NCBI GenBank assembly: GCA_030650845.1
Contig: JAUSDC010000219.1
Coordinates: 441-24,440 of the forward strand
Direction: 5' to 3'
DNA: 24,000 nucleotides
Source of the DNA: Candidatus Methanoperedens sp.
GTDB lineage: Archaea > Halobacteriota > Methanosarcinia > Methanosarcinales > Methanoperedenaceae
In this document: one piece after another, positions 6,442 to 16,552 of the stretch
How positions within the stretch are numbered: the stretch's first letter is position 1
How the letters are laid out: each line of letters opens with the position of its first letter
The notes under the pieces: generated by a model
The model's database searches: none
Seen by the model: the letters and a program-made list of their open reading frames with translations, nothing else
What the model was told of the DNA's origin: nothing
Position numbers and translations under genes: made by a program

Positions 6442-7902
6442 TCACACTCCTAAAACCGATGCTGCATTCATTGCCATATTGATCACTGGTTCTGGATACA
6501 AACCTATTCCGATAGTTCCGATAACAGCAAGAAGCATCGCTATCACATATGGAAGGGGCTCATGTATCTTTTCACCAACTGGGGGCAGCACATACATGTA
6601 TCTTATTACGCGCGCATAGTAATAGATCGAAAGAGCGCTGTTCAATATCGCTATTATCACGATTACCAGAAGCCATGTGCTTGCTGTGCTCACTGCCTGG
6701 ATCGTTACAGAATAGAACAGCACGAACTTGCCTATGAAACCAGCTGACGGGGGAATGCCGGCAAGAGCCAGGAAGAACACGAACAGGGACAACGCGGTTA
6801 TTGGCGCGCGTTTTCCAAGCCCTGCGAAGTTGGAAATGTCGTCAGTGTTCTTTGTGTTCTTATTATCTGACAGTACCATATATCCCACAACTGCTACAGC
6901 AATGAAGGCGCCGCCTTTCATAAAAGCATGACCAAGGGCTAAAAGCACGCCGCCTGCTATTGACATCTGTGTCATGACCACGAATGCCAGGGAAATATAT
7001 CCAGCCTGGGCTATGGATGAGTAAGCAAGCATCCTCTTGATGCTCTTCTGTGATATTGCTACTACGTTGCCGTACGTCATTGTAATAACTGCCAGGATCG
7101 CGAATACTATCTGGATATCGGCTCTCACAGCCACCATAGCCAGAACAAGTACCCTGAACGCAGCAACAAATCCCATCTTCTTTGAGCCTGCTGCAAGCAG
7201 GGATGAAACCACAGTCGGAGAGCCTTCGTATGTATCTGGTGCCCACATATGGAAAGGCACAAGAGCCATTTTGAAACCAAAACCTGCGACAAGGAATACC
7301 ATTGCGAGAATATCAAGTCCTGAAACCTGGGCGGTTTTGAAATAAGTAAGGATCTCAGAGATGTTGGTACTGCCTGATACTCCATACACCAGAGACATAC
7401 CGAAAAGCATCAGGGCTGATGAGAGCGAACCTATTATGAAATACTTTAATGCAGCTTCGAGAGATGCCGGATTCTTTTTCTCAAAACCTGCCAGGACGTA
7501 CGTCGACATGCTGGCAAGCTCAAAACCCACAAAGAGGGCTAACAGGTCATTTGCAGAAGCCACAACCATCATTCCAACGGTTGCTAGGAGGATAAGAGTG
7601 TAATACTCATCCTGATTGCGGTTGTCCTTGAAATAGTGGATCGAGGCTATAACTGCAATAAGTGAAACAACAAGAAATATTATCTTGAATATCTGGGAAA
7701 GCGGATCGACCACAATCGCATTGTAGAAGAAGCTTCCTTCCCCTGTTTTTGCGATCGTCAATATTAGTGAAGCTGCAAGTCCTGCTGCTGAGATATACCC
7801 CAGGATATTCTTTGACTTGTCGCTTACCAGAAGACCGATCAATATAACTGCCAGTGCCAGGACTGTCAACAGTATCTCTGGCGCAAGTAAAACATAACTC
7901 AT
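6442..7902 (-). CDS. fpoN: F420H2 dehydrogenase subunit N (NuoN-like antiporter subunit)
   Basis: 486-aa polytopic protein with NuoN/ND2-type motifs (FGFKMALVPFHMWAPDTYEGSPT, KRMLAYSSIAQAGY). ATGA overlap with fpoM. SD AGGAGTGA. Confidence 0.88.
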   Translation of the reverse strand: MSYVLLAPEILLTVLALAVILIGLLVSDKSKNILGYISAAGLAASLILTIAKTGEGSFFYNAIVVDPLSQIFKIIFLVVSLIAVIASIHYFKDNRNQDEYYTLILLATVGMMVVASANDLLALFVGFELASMSTYVLAGFEKKNPASLEAALKYFIIGSLSSALMLFGMSLVYGVSGSTNISEILTYFKTAQVSGLDILAMVFLVAGFGFKMALVPFHMWAPDTYEGSPTVVSSLLAAGSKKMGFVAAFRVLVLAMVAVRADIQIVFAILAVITMTYGNVVAISQKSIKRMLAYSSIAQAGYISLAFVVMTQMSIAGGVLLALGHAFMKGGAFIAVAVVGYMVLSDNKNTKNTDDISNFAGLGKRAPITALSLFVFFLALAGIPPSAGFIGKFVLFYSVTIQAVSTASTWLLVIVIIAILNSALSIYYYARVIRYMYVLPPVGEKIHEPLPYVIAMLLAVIGTIGIGLYPEPVINMAMNAASVLGV

Positions 7903-9416
7903 ACTATCACTCCTACAAGACCGGCCGCATCCCTGACAAGCGGTGTCGCAGTTGTTGTCATCATATTAAGCACAGGGTTCGGATAAAGCCCGAAGAATAT
8001 TATCAACAGCACAAGCACAGCCATGGAAGCTATCTCATAGTTTGCTCCATCATGGATATGCCCCAGCTTTTCATTAAATGTCCCGAACACGGCGCGCTGC
8101 ATTGCCCAGAGATGGTAGCCTGCGGTGAACACGATGCCAAATAGAGCCAGTATCACGAAGGTGGGCAGGTTTGCATACGAGTTGAGTAGAACCAGTAACT
8201 CAGCAATAAATCCGCTCATACCTGGTAATCCAAGCGATGCGAGGAAGCCTGCAAGCATAACGAAGGTGAGTTTTGGCATGTACTTTGCTATCCCTCCAAG
8301 ATCCCCTATTATCCTTGTTCCTGCGCTATGTTGAATGACGCCGCACGACATGAACAACACGCATGTGATAAGACCGTGTGAGAACTGCTGGAACATGGCG
8401 CCGCTCACTGATAACGGAACAAGCGCCGCTGCGCCAAGGGTTACATATCCCATGTGGCTTATGCTTGAGTACGCCACCATCTTCTTAAGGTCACGCTGCG
8501 CCAGTGCCAGGAATGTGCCGTAAAGGATGCTGAGCACCCCTATTATCGCCATCAGCGTGATCATTTTCCCGGGTGAATCCGAAAATGGAAGCAACGGAAG
8601 TATGACCCTGAAGAGACCGTATCCTCCCATCTTGAGCAGCAGTGCTGCCAGTATTACACTGCCTGCTGTTGGTGCTTCCACATGTGCATCAGGAAGCCAT
8701 GTATGGAATGGGACTGCAGGCATTTTTACTATGAAACCGAACAGGAGTCCGATGAATATCGCATCTTTTATTGAGATCACGTTCGTTATGAGCCAGCCGT
8801 CGAGCAGTGAATAGTTTTTGAGCAGATGGAACATGTTAAAATCTGGTGTGCGAGTGATCTGCCATGCATTAAAGTACAATGCAAATATCGCAAGCAGCAT
8901 CACTAGACTTGCTATGTGGGTATATATGAAGAATTTAATAGCTGCATAATCCTTGCGGGGTCCGCCCCAGATACTTATCAGGAAGTACATTGGGATGAGC
9001 ACTATCTCCCAGAATATGTAGAACACGAAAAAGTCAAGCGACGTGAAAACACCAAGAACCCCTACGAGTTCAAGGAGTATGAGACCGTAGAACTTGTTTG
9101 GTTCTTTTGTCTCACCCCATGCAAAGATCACCGTAAGTGGGATCACAATGCATGAAAGAAGGACTAGAGGCATTCCTATCCCGTCCACTCCAAAACTGAG
9201 AGTTATTCCAAGGCTCGGGATCCATGAATGTATTTCGTCAAGCTGGATGCCAGCTAAAGAACTGTCAAACCTGGACAGCATTATTATCGAAATAAGAAGC
9301 GAGATGCCAGATGACACGAGCGCCACTGCGCGCGCCTGCTGTCTTGTCTTTGTAAGGAAGGCGAGAATCGCGCCAATTAGCGGGATCGCTATCATTAATG
9401 AAATATATGCAGTCAT
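7899..9416 (-). CDS. fpoM: F420H2 dehydrogenase subunit M (NuoM-like)
   Basis: NuoM/ND4 motifs (VKMPAVPFHTWLPDAHVEAPTAGSVILAALLLKMGGYG, KKMVAYSSISHMGY). The ATG at 9416 lies 1 nt after the fpoL stop and is preceded by GGAGGT, so it is preferred over the track start at 9431. Confidence 0.88.
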   Translation of the reverse strand: MTAYISLMIAIPLIGAILAFLTKTRQQARAVALVSSGISLLISIIMLSRFDSSLAGIQLDEIHSWIPSLGITLSFGVDGIGMPLVLLSCIVIPLTVIFAWGETKEPNKFYGLILLELVGVLGVFTSLDFFVFYIFWEIVLIPMYFLISIWGGPRKDYAAIKFFIYTHIASLVMLLAIFALYFNAWQITRTPDFNMFHLLKNYSLLDGWLITNVISIKDAIFIGLLFGFIVKMPAVPFHTWLPDAHVEAPTAGSVILAALLLKMGGYGLFRVILPLLPFSDSPGKMITLMAIIGVLSILYGTFLALAQRDLKKMVAYSSISHMGYVTLGAAALVPLSVSGAMFQQFSHGLITCVLFMSCGVIQHSAGTRIIGDLGGIAKYMPKLTFVMLAGFLASLGLPGMSGFIAELLVLLNSYANLPTFVILALFGIVFTAGYHLWAMQRAVFGTFNEKLGHIHDGANYEIASMAVLVLLIIFFGLYPNPVLNMMTTTATPLVRDAAGLVGVIV

Positions 9417-9417
9417 T

Positions 9418-11436
9418 TTAAATACCTCCAACGAGCTTGAGAACGATCAACAATAGACCAACTCCAAGCAGTGTAACCGATGCATAGTTCTGGACCACGC
9501 CTGTTTGGAGCTTCCTCGCAGCTTCACCAAGGGAGAATGTGGTTTTGCCGATTATATTATCGATCACAAGTCCGTCTATTATCTTCCTGTCCACGAACTC
9601 GCCCGACTGCGCTACCACATCATGAGTCAGTTTGACTCCAATTATATCAGCACCGATTTTTGGCTCATAATATCTGTTCAGCAGTAGTTTGTAGAGAGGG
9701 TTGCTGGATGAAATTATCTTGCTCATGTCAAGCCATCGCTTATAGTATATTGCATAGGATATCAGGAAGCCAAGCACACCTACAATTACAGGGAGAAGGA
9801 TAATGATAACAGGTATCTCTGGCGCTTCACCTTCATGACCTGCCATCTCAACTCCCATGAGTTCAAAGTTCTTTTCAAGATAACCATAGAACCCAACTTG
9901 TGTGAAGCCGAAGAACAGAGCAAGAATTGCAAGTATCATGAGCGGTCTTGTCATTACGTTCGGTGATTCGTGAGCATGTCTCTCGGAACGCGGCTTCCCT
10001 GTGAAAGCCATGAACCACAGTCTGAATATGTAAATTGATGTGAGAAGGGCTGCTATAACTGCAAAGGCGTATGGGATCATATCACCTGTTTTTTCTCCAT
10101 ACTCGAAAGACCCCTCGATGATCATATCTTTGCTGAAGAATCCCGCAGTGCCTATATTTAAGAAGGGGATTCCAATGCCTGCTAGCGAAAGCGCTGCGAT
10201 CATCATAGTGGTACCTGTTATCTTCATCTTCTTGAAAAGTCCGCCCATCTCTCTTATGTCATTTGTTCCCACTGCATGTATCACGCTGCCGGCGCACAGG
10301 AAGAGCAGTGCCTTGAAGAAGGCATGGCTTATCAAATGGAAAAGGGAAATACCGACGGCCTTTGCGCCCAGCACTGCACCGGCCGTGCCAAGAGCAAGCA
10401 TCATATAGCCAAGCTGACTGACCGTTGAATAAGCAAGCACTCTTTTTATATCGTTCATCACAAGCCCCATCGTGGCTGCAAAGAGCGCAGTGAATCCGCC
10501 GATGTATGCCACTATGAGCAGTGCGTCAGGTACATGGGCAGGGAAAAATGAAGGATACAATTCTCCCAGAGTGGCCGGGGTTGCCACGAACATGGGGAAC
10601 GTCCTGGCGACAAGATAAACACCTGCTGTGACCATTGTCGCTGCATGGATCAAAGCAGAAACTGTTGTCGGACCTTCCATTGCGTCAGGCAGCCACCCGT
10701 GTAATGGGAACTGACCACTCTTGCCGATTGCGCCTCCGAAGAACAGTAATGTGATATATGTCAATTGTGTAGGGTCGATCAATTTCGCAGCTTCAAACAT
10801 TGTACTGAACTGGAGCAGGTAATTATCCGACGCAACACTGAACCTTCCAGATGCGATTATCTCATTGATATTCACATAAAGAAGCACAATGCCTGCAAGA
10901 AACAGCACGTCTCCGACCCTTGTTACGAGGAAGGCTTTCTTTGCAGCAGCAGCTGCTGATGGTTTGTGGTACCAGAACCCGATCAACAGGAAAGAACACA
11001 CGCCCACAAGTTCCCATGAAATGAAGAACTGTAGGATGTTGTCTGAAAGCACAACTCCCAGCATGGCTGCTGTAAACAAGGCAGTTTCTGCAAAATACCT
11101 CGGCTTTGCAGGGTCGTGTGACATATATCCAACTGCATAAATATGAATAAGAAGGCTTACGAATGTTACCATCATCAGCATAACCACTGCCAGTGGGTCT
11201 ATCAGTATGCCAATATTCATATTTGCGAACCATGGCCAGGACTGCTGGACTATTTTGTCAGGATATATCTCAAGGAAAACACCCAGCGAGATGATAAAAG
11301 AACCTGCGATCGCTGCGATCGGTAAATATGCTCCTCCATGGGGGAGTTTCTTGCCAAGGAAGAGCGTCAGAACGAACGCCAGAACAGGTAACAACACAAT
11401 TAAAGCTGGAAAAATTGAATCTGGTTCACTGAACAT
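9418..11436 (-). CDS. fpoL: F420H2 dehydrogenase subunit L (NuoL-like)
   Basis: 672 aa. NuoL/ND5 motifs (GKSGQFPLHGWLPDAMEGPTTVSALIHAATMVTAGVYL, KRVLAYSTVSQLGYM). SD GAGGTGG. Confidence 0.9.
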   Translation of the reverse strand: MFSEPDSIFPALIVLLPVLAFVLTLFLGKKLPHGGAYLPIAAIAGSFIISLGVFLEIYPDKIVQQSWPWFANMNIGILIDPLAVVMLMMVTFVSLLIHIYAVGYMSHDPAKPRYFAETALFTAAMLGVVLSDNILQFFISWELVGVCSFLLIGFWYHKPSAAAAAKKAFLVTRVGDVLFLAGIVLLYVNINEIIASGRFSVASDNYLLQFSTMFEAAKLIDPTQLTYITLLFFGGAIGKSGQFPLHGWLPDAMEGPTTVSALIHAATMVTAGVYLVARTFPMFVATPATLGELYPSFFPAHVPDALLIVAYIGGFTALFAATMGLVMNDIKRVLAYSTVSQLGYMMLALGTAGAVLGAKAVGISLFHLISHAFFKALLFLCAGSVIHAVGTNDIREMGGLFKKMKITGTTMMIAALSLAGIGIPFLNIGTAGFFSKDMIIEGSFEYGEKTGDMIPYAFAVIAALLTSIYIFRLWFMAFTGKPRSERHAHESPNVMTRPLMILAILALFFGFTQVGFYGYLEKNFELMGVEMAGHEGEAPEIPVIIILLPVIVGVLGFLISYAIYYKRWLDMSKIISSSNPLYKLLLNRYYEPKIGADIIGVKLTHDVVAQSGEFVDRKIIDGLVIDNIIGKTTFSLGEAARKLQTGVVQNYASVTLLGVGLLLIVLKLVGGI

Positions 11437-11437
11437 A

Positions 11438-11740
11438 TTACCACCTCAGGATATTGATATTATCAAGATTGATGGTATCCCGCACCTTGAACAGCGCAAC
11501 AAGGATCGCAAAACCAATAGCTGCTTCCGCTGCCGCAATTGCTATCGAGAACAACGCAAATACCTGGCCTGAGGCATCGCCATTGAAGCTGGAGAATGCC
11601 ACAAGGTTGATGTTGGCAGCATTAAGCATCAGTTCGATGCTCATCAGGATCTTTATCCCGCTTCTCTGGGTGATGATCCCATAAGAGCCGATCGAGAATA
11701 TTATCGCGGATATTATTAGGAACATGAACAGGTCAGCCAT
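11438..11740 (-). CDS. fpoK: F420H2 dehydrogenase subunit K (NuoK-like)
   Basis: 100-aa protein with three TM segments and a NuoK pattern ([32 protein letters not shown]). SD AGGAGGT. Confidence 0.88.
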   Translation of the reverse strand: MADLFMFLIISAIIFSIGSYGIITQRSGIKILMSIELMLNAANINLVAFSSFNGDASGQVFALFSIAIAAAEAAIGFAILVALFKVRDTINLDNINILRW

Positions 11741-11985
11741 CAGTATACCTCCTTTTTGGCAATATACAGCGCACCGATCAGGGCTGCGATCAATAACAGT
11801 GACAGCAGTTCAAAAGAGAAGATATAATCTGTGAATATTCCCCCTGCGCCATTGGCAAGTGTCTCGACGCTTATCTCATTTGCCTGGTCTTTTCCTGACC
11901 AGACCCTGATGCTGTCATCGATAGATATGAACATAACAGTGAACAACAGCAGGACTACAATTAAATTAAGTATCTTATTCAGCAT
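11740..11985 (-). CDS. fpoJ: F420H2 dehydrogenase subunit J, C-terminal half (split fpoJ)
   Basis: 81 aa. Matches the C-terminal part of NuoJ ([26 protein letters not shown]). A split J gene is known from the Methanosarcina fpo operon. Confidence 0.8.
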   Translation of the reverse strand: MLNKILNLIVVLLLFTVMFISIDDSIRVWSGKDQANEISVETLANGAGGIFTDYIFSFELLSLLLIAALIGALYIAKKEVY

Positions 11986-12226
11986 TCTCTTCCTCTCCTT
12001 TTCTGGTTAACATTATAGTGAATAATATCAGGGTCACGACCGCTCCTACATATACAAGCACCTGCGCCCATGCAACAAATTCGGCATTCAGGAGCAAGAA
12101 AAGTCCGGCTGTACCCATGAAGGTGCCTGCAAGATATACAGCACTGTGGACTAACTTTTTTGATAAGACCACCATGATCGACGAGATTATAGTGATAATA
12201 GAAATTATTAAAAATACGATATCCAT
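11975..12226 (-). CDS. fpoJ: F420H2 dehydrogenase subunit J, N-terminal half (split fpoJ)
   Basis: 83 aa. Matches the N-terminal part of NuoJ (VHSAVYLAGTFMGTAGLFLLLNAEFVAWAQVLVYVGAVVTLILF). SD GAGGTGA. Confidence 0.8.
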   Translation of the reverse strand: MDIVFLIISIITIISSIMVVLSKKLVHSAVYLAGTFMGTAGLFLLLNAEFVAWAQVLVYVGAVVTLILFTIMLTRKGEEENAE

Positions 12227-12642
12227 TATTTACTCACCTCTTTCTTGAACAAGATCCTTTCTGGACCATAAATCAGGCTCTCCCTGGAATAATCAGCCAG
12301 TTCATAATCCCCTGTCATTTTCAAAGCATTCATCGGGCACGCATCCACGCACAATCCGCAGAACAGGCACATGCCAAGATTAAACTCCGGGAACCATCTT
12401 GTTCCATATTTTACTATCGTTATCGTGGAATTGGGACAGGTTGTTTCACATATCCCGCAGCCGATGCATGCGTCCTCGTCCACCGCATGCCTGCCTCTGA
12501 ACCTTGGTGCCACCTTCATTCGCTCATAGGGGTACTGAACAGTTACGGTCTTTCTGTTCCCTATCTTGAGAATGTGTTTCATGGTGACGATAAGCCCTTT
12601 TATTATACCGATCATTGTCCAGTTCCTGCTTATCCATGCCAT
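12226..12642 (-). CDS. fpoI: F420H2 dehydrogenase subunit I (NuoI-like, 2x[4Fe-4S])
   Basis: Two ferredoxin motifs, CIGCGICETTCP and CLFCGLCVDACP, in a 138-aa protein between fpoH and fpoJ. Confidence 0.9.
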   Translation of the reverse strand: MAWISRNWTMIGIIKGLIVTMKHILKIGNRKTVTVQYPYERMKVAPRFRGRHAVDEDACIGCGICETTCPNSTITIVKYGTRWFPEFNLGMCLFCGLCVDACPMNALKMTGDYELADYSRESLIYGPERILFKKEVSK

Positions 12643-13758
12643 TTATCTCACCCCGGCAGTTACCACAAATGTTACTAAAAATGCTGCAAACAATAGGTTC
12701 AATAGTGCCAGCGGGATCATGATCTTCCATCCAAGGTGAAGAAGCTGGTCAATCCTGACTCGTGGGACCGTGTCCCTCAACCACATCGCAAAGAAGATCA
12801 CAGCATATGTCTTTATCATGAAGTATATCAGCGAGGTGATCTGGATGGGTATTAACGGGATCGCAGGACCTGTCCAGCCGCCAAGGAATATTGTGACAAT
12901 TATTCCTGAGACCGCAAAAAGATGCGCATACTCTGCAAGGAAGAACATAGCGAATTTCATGCCGCTGTATTCAGTGAAGAAACCTGCTACAAGTTCCTGT
13001 TCAGATTCCTGGAAGTCAAATGGAATACGCCCCATTTCAGCAATGCACGCTATAAGGAACAGGATGAACCCGAGCGGCTGTAAAAATATGAACCATTTGG
13101 GAATGAAACCGAACCAGTAACCCTGCTGGGCATTTACAATATCTACGGTACTGAGCGACCCTACAAATACGACAACAGCGATCGCAGTGATCGCAAGAGG
13201 GATCGTGTAACTTATGTCCTGAGCTACTGCCCTTATGGCGCCCATTAAGGAATATTTGTTGTTTGATGCCCATCCAGCAAGCAAAATTGACACTGGCGTA
13301 ATAGCAGATATTGCAATTATATAGAGAAGTCCCACCCTCAGATCAGAGAGGATGAGCGATTCACCAAAAGGAAGCGGGATAAAAACAAGCAGTACAGATA
13401 CGAATACTATGAAAGGAGCTAATGTGAAAATCCACCTGTCAGCTTTTGCGGGAATAATATCCTCTTTTCCAAGAAGCTTGATGCCGTCTGCAATGGGCTG
13501 GAACAGTCCGCGAGGTCCTGTTACCATTGGTCCGTACCTTGACTGGACAACCGCGAACATTTTTCGTTCAAGCCAGGACAGGAACATCACGGTAACAAGC
13601 GCGAAAACAACCACTACTGCAACTTCCACAAGGACAATTATTATCCTCAGGACATACTCCATCCCCTGGTCCTGGAAGAACCCAAGTATAATGTTGTAAA
13701 CTCCAATTGCATTAAGTATCGCAATTATCAAATCGTAAGCGTTTGGGTTTGTAATCAT
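12643..13758 (-). CDS. fpoH: F420H2 dehydrogenase subunit H (NuoH-like)
   Basis: NuoH/ND1 motifs (ERKMFAVVQSRYGPMVTGPRGLFQPIADGIKL, IPFDFQESEQELVAGFFTEYSG). The ATG at 13758 follows the fpoD stop (13763-13765), so it is preferred over the track start at 13803, which would overlap fpoD. Confidence 0.88.
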   Translation of the reverse strand: MITNPNAYDLIIAILNAIGVYNIILGFFQDQGMEYVLRIIIVLVEVAVVVVFALVTVMFLSWLERKMFAVVQSRYGPMVTGPRGLFQPIADGIKLLGKEDIIPAKADRWIFTLAPFIVFVSVLLVFIPLPFGESLILSDLRVGLLYIIAISAITPVSILLAGWASNNKYSLMGAIRAVAQDISYTIPLAITAIAVVVFVGSLSTVDIVNAQQGYWFGFIPKWFIFLQPLGFILFLIACIAEMGRIPFDFQESEQELVAGFFTEYSGMKFAMFFLAEYAHLFAVSGIIVTIFLGGWTGPAIPLIPIQITSLIYFMIKTYAVIFFAMWLRDTVPRVRIDQLLHLGWKIMIPLALLNLLFAAFLVTFVVTAGVR

Positions 13759-13762
13759 AATA

Positions 13763-14908
13763 TCACCTGTCCACATCACCAAGAACAATGTCAATCGTAC
13801 CAAAAGCCGCTATAAGGTCAGGTATCTTAAGACCCAAGACCATTTTCGGTAAAGCCACAAGATTGCAGAATGATGGGGAGCGTATCTTGACGCGGTATGG
13901 TTTTGTTGTACCATCGCTTGCTACGAAGAAACCAAGTTCTCCTTTTGGCGCCTCTATCCTGCTGTAAACTTCGCCTTCGGCGGGCGTGAATATTCTGGGG
14001 AAGTATGACGTGACTGCGGATGGTGCGCCTGTGTTTGGCGCAAAACCATATCTCTGGTTAATGGTATTTCCTTTTGGTAATTTATCTACTATCTGTTTTA
14101 ATATATGCAGGCTTTCCCGTATCTCATCCACCCTGACAAGATATCTGGCATAGCTGTCTCCTTCCCTGCGCATGCAGGCTTTGAAATCAAGGTCCTGATA
14201 AATAGAGTATGGTTCCAGTTTCCTTATGTCATGATCCACGCCAGATCCTCTCATTGACGGACCCGTCATCCCGTAATTGATGGCTTCTTCGGCATTTATC
14301 ACACCAATATTTTTCATCCTCATAAGGAATATCTCATTGCCGTTGACCAATTCTTCATAATCCACTATGCGCTTTTCCATATCCTTGATAAACTCATTGA
14401 GTTTTGGTATGAAGCCGTCAGGCAGGTCTTCCCTCACACCGCCGGGTCTGATGTAATTGAAAGTCATCCTTGCGCCGCAAAGACTCTCATAGAGCTGCAG
14501 GGCGTTCTCTCGTTCCCTGAACCCGTACATTATCATTGTGGAGGCCCCAAGATCAAGAAGCAGCGAGCCCATGAATACAAGGTGGTTAATTACCCTGTTA
14601 AGTTCCATCACAAGCACTCTGATGTATTCTGCTCTTTGAGGCACTTCTATTCCAGCAAGTTCTTCGACAGCCTTGACATAAGCGTAATTGTTTGGCATGG
14701 CTGCGATATAATCCAGCCTGTCAGTGTATGGTATGAACTGAAGATATGTTTTCATTTCCCCGAATTTTTCAGTTCCCCTGTGGAGATACCCGACAACGAT
14801 CTGGCAGTCCCTTATTATTTCACCGTCCATCCTGAGCTTAAAGCGCAGCACACCGTGAGTACTGGGGTGCACAGGACCCATGTTCAAAAGAAGTGTTTCT
14901 GTTTCCAT
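13763..14908 (-). CDS. fpoD: F420H2 dehydrogenase subunit D (NuoD-like)
   Basis: 381 aa. NuoD/49-kDa motifs (NMGPVHPSTHGVLR, GYLHRGTEK, IDIVLGDVDR at the C-terminus). SD GAGGAGGA. Confidence 0.9.
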   Translation of the reverse strand: METETLLLNMGPVHPSTHGVLRFKLRMDGEIIRDCQIVVGYLHRGTEKFGEMKTYLQFIPYTDRLDYIAAMPNNYAYVKAVEELAGIEVPQRAEYIRVLVMELNRVINHLVFMGSLLLDLGASTMIMYGFRERENALQLYESLCGARMTFNYIRPGGVREDLPDGFIPKLNEFIKDMEKRIVDYEELVNGNEIFLMRMKNIGVINAEEAINYGMTGPSMRGSGVDHDIRKLEPYSIYQDLDFKACMRREGDSYARYLVRVDEIRESLHILKQIVDKLPKGNTINQRYGFAPNTGAPSAVTSYFPRIFTPAEGEVYSRIEAPKGELGFFVASDGTTKPYRVKIRSPSFCNLVALPKMVLGLKIPDLIAAFGTIDIVLGDVDR

Positions 14909-14909
14909 G

Positions 14910-15413
14910 TTACTTCCTCCTCAACAGGTTTGATCCGTCAGGGCTTACTATATCTTCCCCATCCTCTCCGATGGTAACAAACTGCTCAGTGTTCATATCA
15001 TAATCTTTCCTCAGCGGGTGACCGATCCATCCTTCTGGAAGAAGTATCCTCTTAAGATCCGGATGACCGTTGAACTTTACCCCGACAAGATCGTATGTCT
15101 CGCGCTCAAGCCAGTCCGCAACTTTCCATATTGATGTAACTGAATCAACTTCAGGAGATCTGTGGTCAAGAACCACTTTCAACGCAAGGTTCTGTTTTTT
15201 CTTGTATGAGAAGAGATTATAAATTACCTCGATCCTGTCCACGCGGTCAACGCCTGTGATGACAGAAAGATTATCATAACCCAATTCCTTGACTTTTTCA
15301 GCCACTTTTAAGAAATCCTCTTTCCTGATAACAGCCTGGGGTTTGTTCGTCTGGACGCCCACACTGACAACCGAGTTAGGAAGCAAATATTTTAATTCCT
15401 CTGCTGAATTCAT
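14910..15413 (-). CDS. fpoC: F420H2 dehydrogenase subunit C (NuoC-like)
   Basis: 167 aa. NuoC/30-kDa pattern (WLERETYDLVGVKFNGHPDLKRILLPEGW.GHPLRKDY). SD GAGGTG. Confidence 0.88.
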   Translation of the reverse strand: MNSAEELKYLLPNSVVSVGVQTNKPQAVIRKEDFLKVAEKVKELGYDNLSVITGVDRVDRIEVIYNLFSYKKKQNLALKVVLDHRSPEVDSVTSIWKVADWLERETYDLVGVKFNGHPDLKRILLPEGWIGHPLRKDYDMNTEQFVTIGEDGEDIVSPDGSNLLRRK

Positions 15414-15441
15414 AAAGCGACACCTCGCTTCTTAAAATTTT

Positions 15442-16035
15442 TCATTTATTAAGCCCCCATTTTGCACCATAACCTTCGTTCTTTATTTTTTCGCGCAGCT
15501 GGATAATTCCGTAAAGCCACGCCTCGGGGCGAGGGGGACATCCGGGAATATAAACATCCACTGGAATAATATTGTCCACTCCTTTTAAGACGCAGTAGGA
15601 TTCATGATACGGCCCTCCGGTGTTCGCGCAGCTTCCGACTGAGATGACCCATTTGGGTTCAGACATCATTTCATAGAGCTGCTTAACCCTAGGAGCCATG
15701 CGCTTTGTCACGGTGCCTGCCACGAACATAAGATCTGCCTGCCTTGGGCTGGCTCTGAAAACTTCCATCCCGAAACGAGCGATGTCATGGTGTGCCATGG
15801 ACACAGCCATCATCTCGATCGCACAGCAAGCCAGACCAGAAGTAACAGGCCACAGTGAACTGAGCCGCCCCCAGTTCATGGCCTGATCAATTGTGGTCAA
15901 AAGAATAAATCCTTCTCTGTCCTTAGCTGCAAGAAGAGTATTGATAAGATTGGTATCTTCCAGCTTTTCAAGCGCTGTCTCTGGCTTTCTTTTTGTCATC
16001 CTAATTTTTGTTGTATCAATAGTTACTGGATCCAC
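15442..16035 (-). CDS. fpoB: F420H2 dehydrogenase subunit B (NuoB-like, N2-type [4Fe-4S])
   Basis: Cluster ligand motifs [19 protein letters not shown] and [12 protein letters not shown] start at 16035 preceded by a perfect SD (AAGGAGG, 7-nt spacer). 13-nt overlap with fpoA. Confidence 0.9.
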   Translation of the reverse strand: MDPVTIDTTKIRMTKRKPETALEKLEDTNLINTLLAAKDREGFILLTTIDQAMNWGRLSSLWPVTSGLACCAIEMMAVSMAHHDIARFGMEVFRASPRQADLMFVAGTVTKRMAPRVKQLYEMMSEPKWVISVGSCANTGGPYHESYCVLKGVDNIIPVDVYIPGCPPRPEAWLYGIIQLREKIKNEGYGAKWGLNK

Positions 16036-16397
16036 TCTAATGCCTCCTTTCTCCAGGCGTAAGCTAGACCGATAATCAACACTTCAATGAAAAGCACCAT
16101 CTCGATGAACCCCAACCCTCCAAGCGATCGCAGCTGCACTGCCCATGGATACATGAACAGCACCTCCACATCAAAGATCAGGAAGACTATCACTATCATA
16201 TAATATTGTATATTGTAATGTATCCTGGCATCGCCAACCGGGGTCTCTGCACATTCGTATGTGGAGAGTTTTACTTTGGTCTTGACACTGGGTCTGACCA
16301 TCCTTGACATAAATAATGCGATCGCCACGAAGACGATTCCGATCACTAACATTATAGCGAAGGGTAAATAGTTGTTAAGAAATTCATTTGCAGCCAT
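16023..16397 (-). CDS. fpoA: F420H2 dehydrogenase subunit A (NuoA-like)
   Basis: 124-aa membrane protein with three TM segments and NuoA motifs ([27 protein letters not shown]). First gene of the operon. SD AAGGTGG. Confidence 0.88.
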   Translation of the reverse strand: MAANEFLNNYLPFAIMLVIGIVFVAIALFMSRMVRPSVKTKVKLSTYECAETPVGDARIHYNIQYYMIVIVFLIFDVEVLFMYPWAVQLRSLGGLGFIEMVLFIEVLIIGLAYAWRKEALEWIQ

Positions 16398-16449
16398 TTG
16401 ACCACCTTATATTTATTTGTTTTAAAAGGATTATTGATATAAAAAGTTT

Positions 16450-16488
16450 ATGAAATTGTTTTTAGGAAAAGATAATGAATTTGTTTTT
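16450..16488. promoter_or_regulatory. Direct repeat ATGAA(A/T)TTGTTTTT x2 in the divergent fpoA / marker-9 promoter region
   Basis: ATGAAATTGTTTTT at 16450-16463 and ATGAATTTGTTTTT at 16475-16488 (13/14 identical, 25-bp register). They lie in the 158-bp AT-rich spacer that must hold both divergent promoters. Confidence 0.4.
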
Positions 16489-16524
16489 GCGTAAGGTTCA
16501 TAAATAATCAAACAACTGTAAAGC

Positions 16525-16552
16525 AAATCCTGAAAAAAATCTATGAGGATTT
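16525..16552 (+). promoter_or_regulatory. Possible SD-sequestering hairpin in the 5' leader of the marker-9 fusion gene
   Basis: AAATCCT (16525-16531) is perfectly complementary to AGGATTT (16546-16552), with a 14-nt loop. The 3' arm covers the SD (GAGGA) located 6 nt upstream of the GTG start at 16556. Confidence 0.3.
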
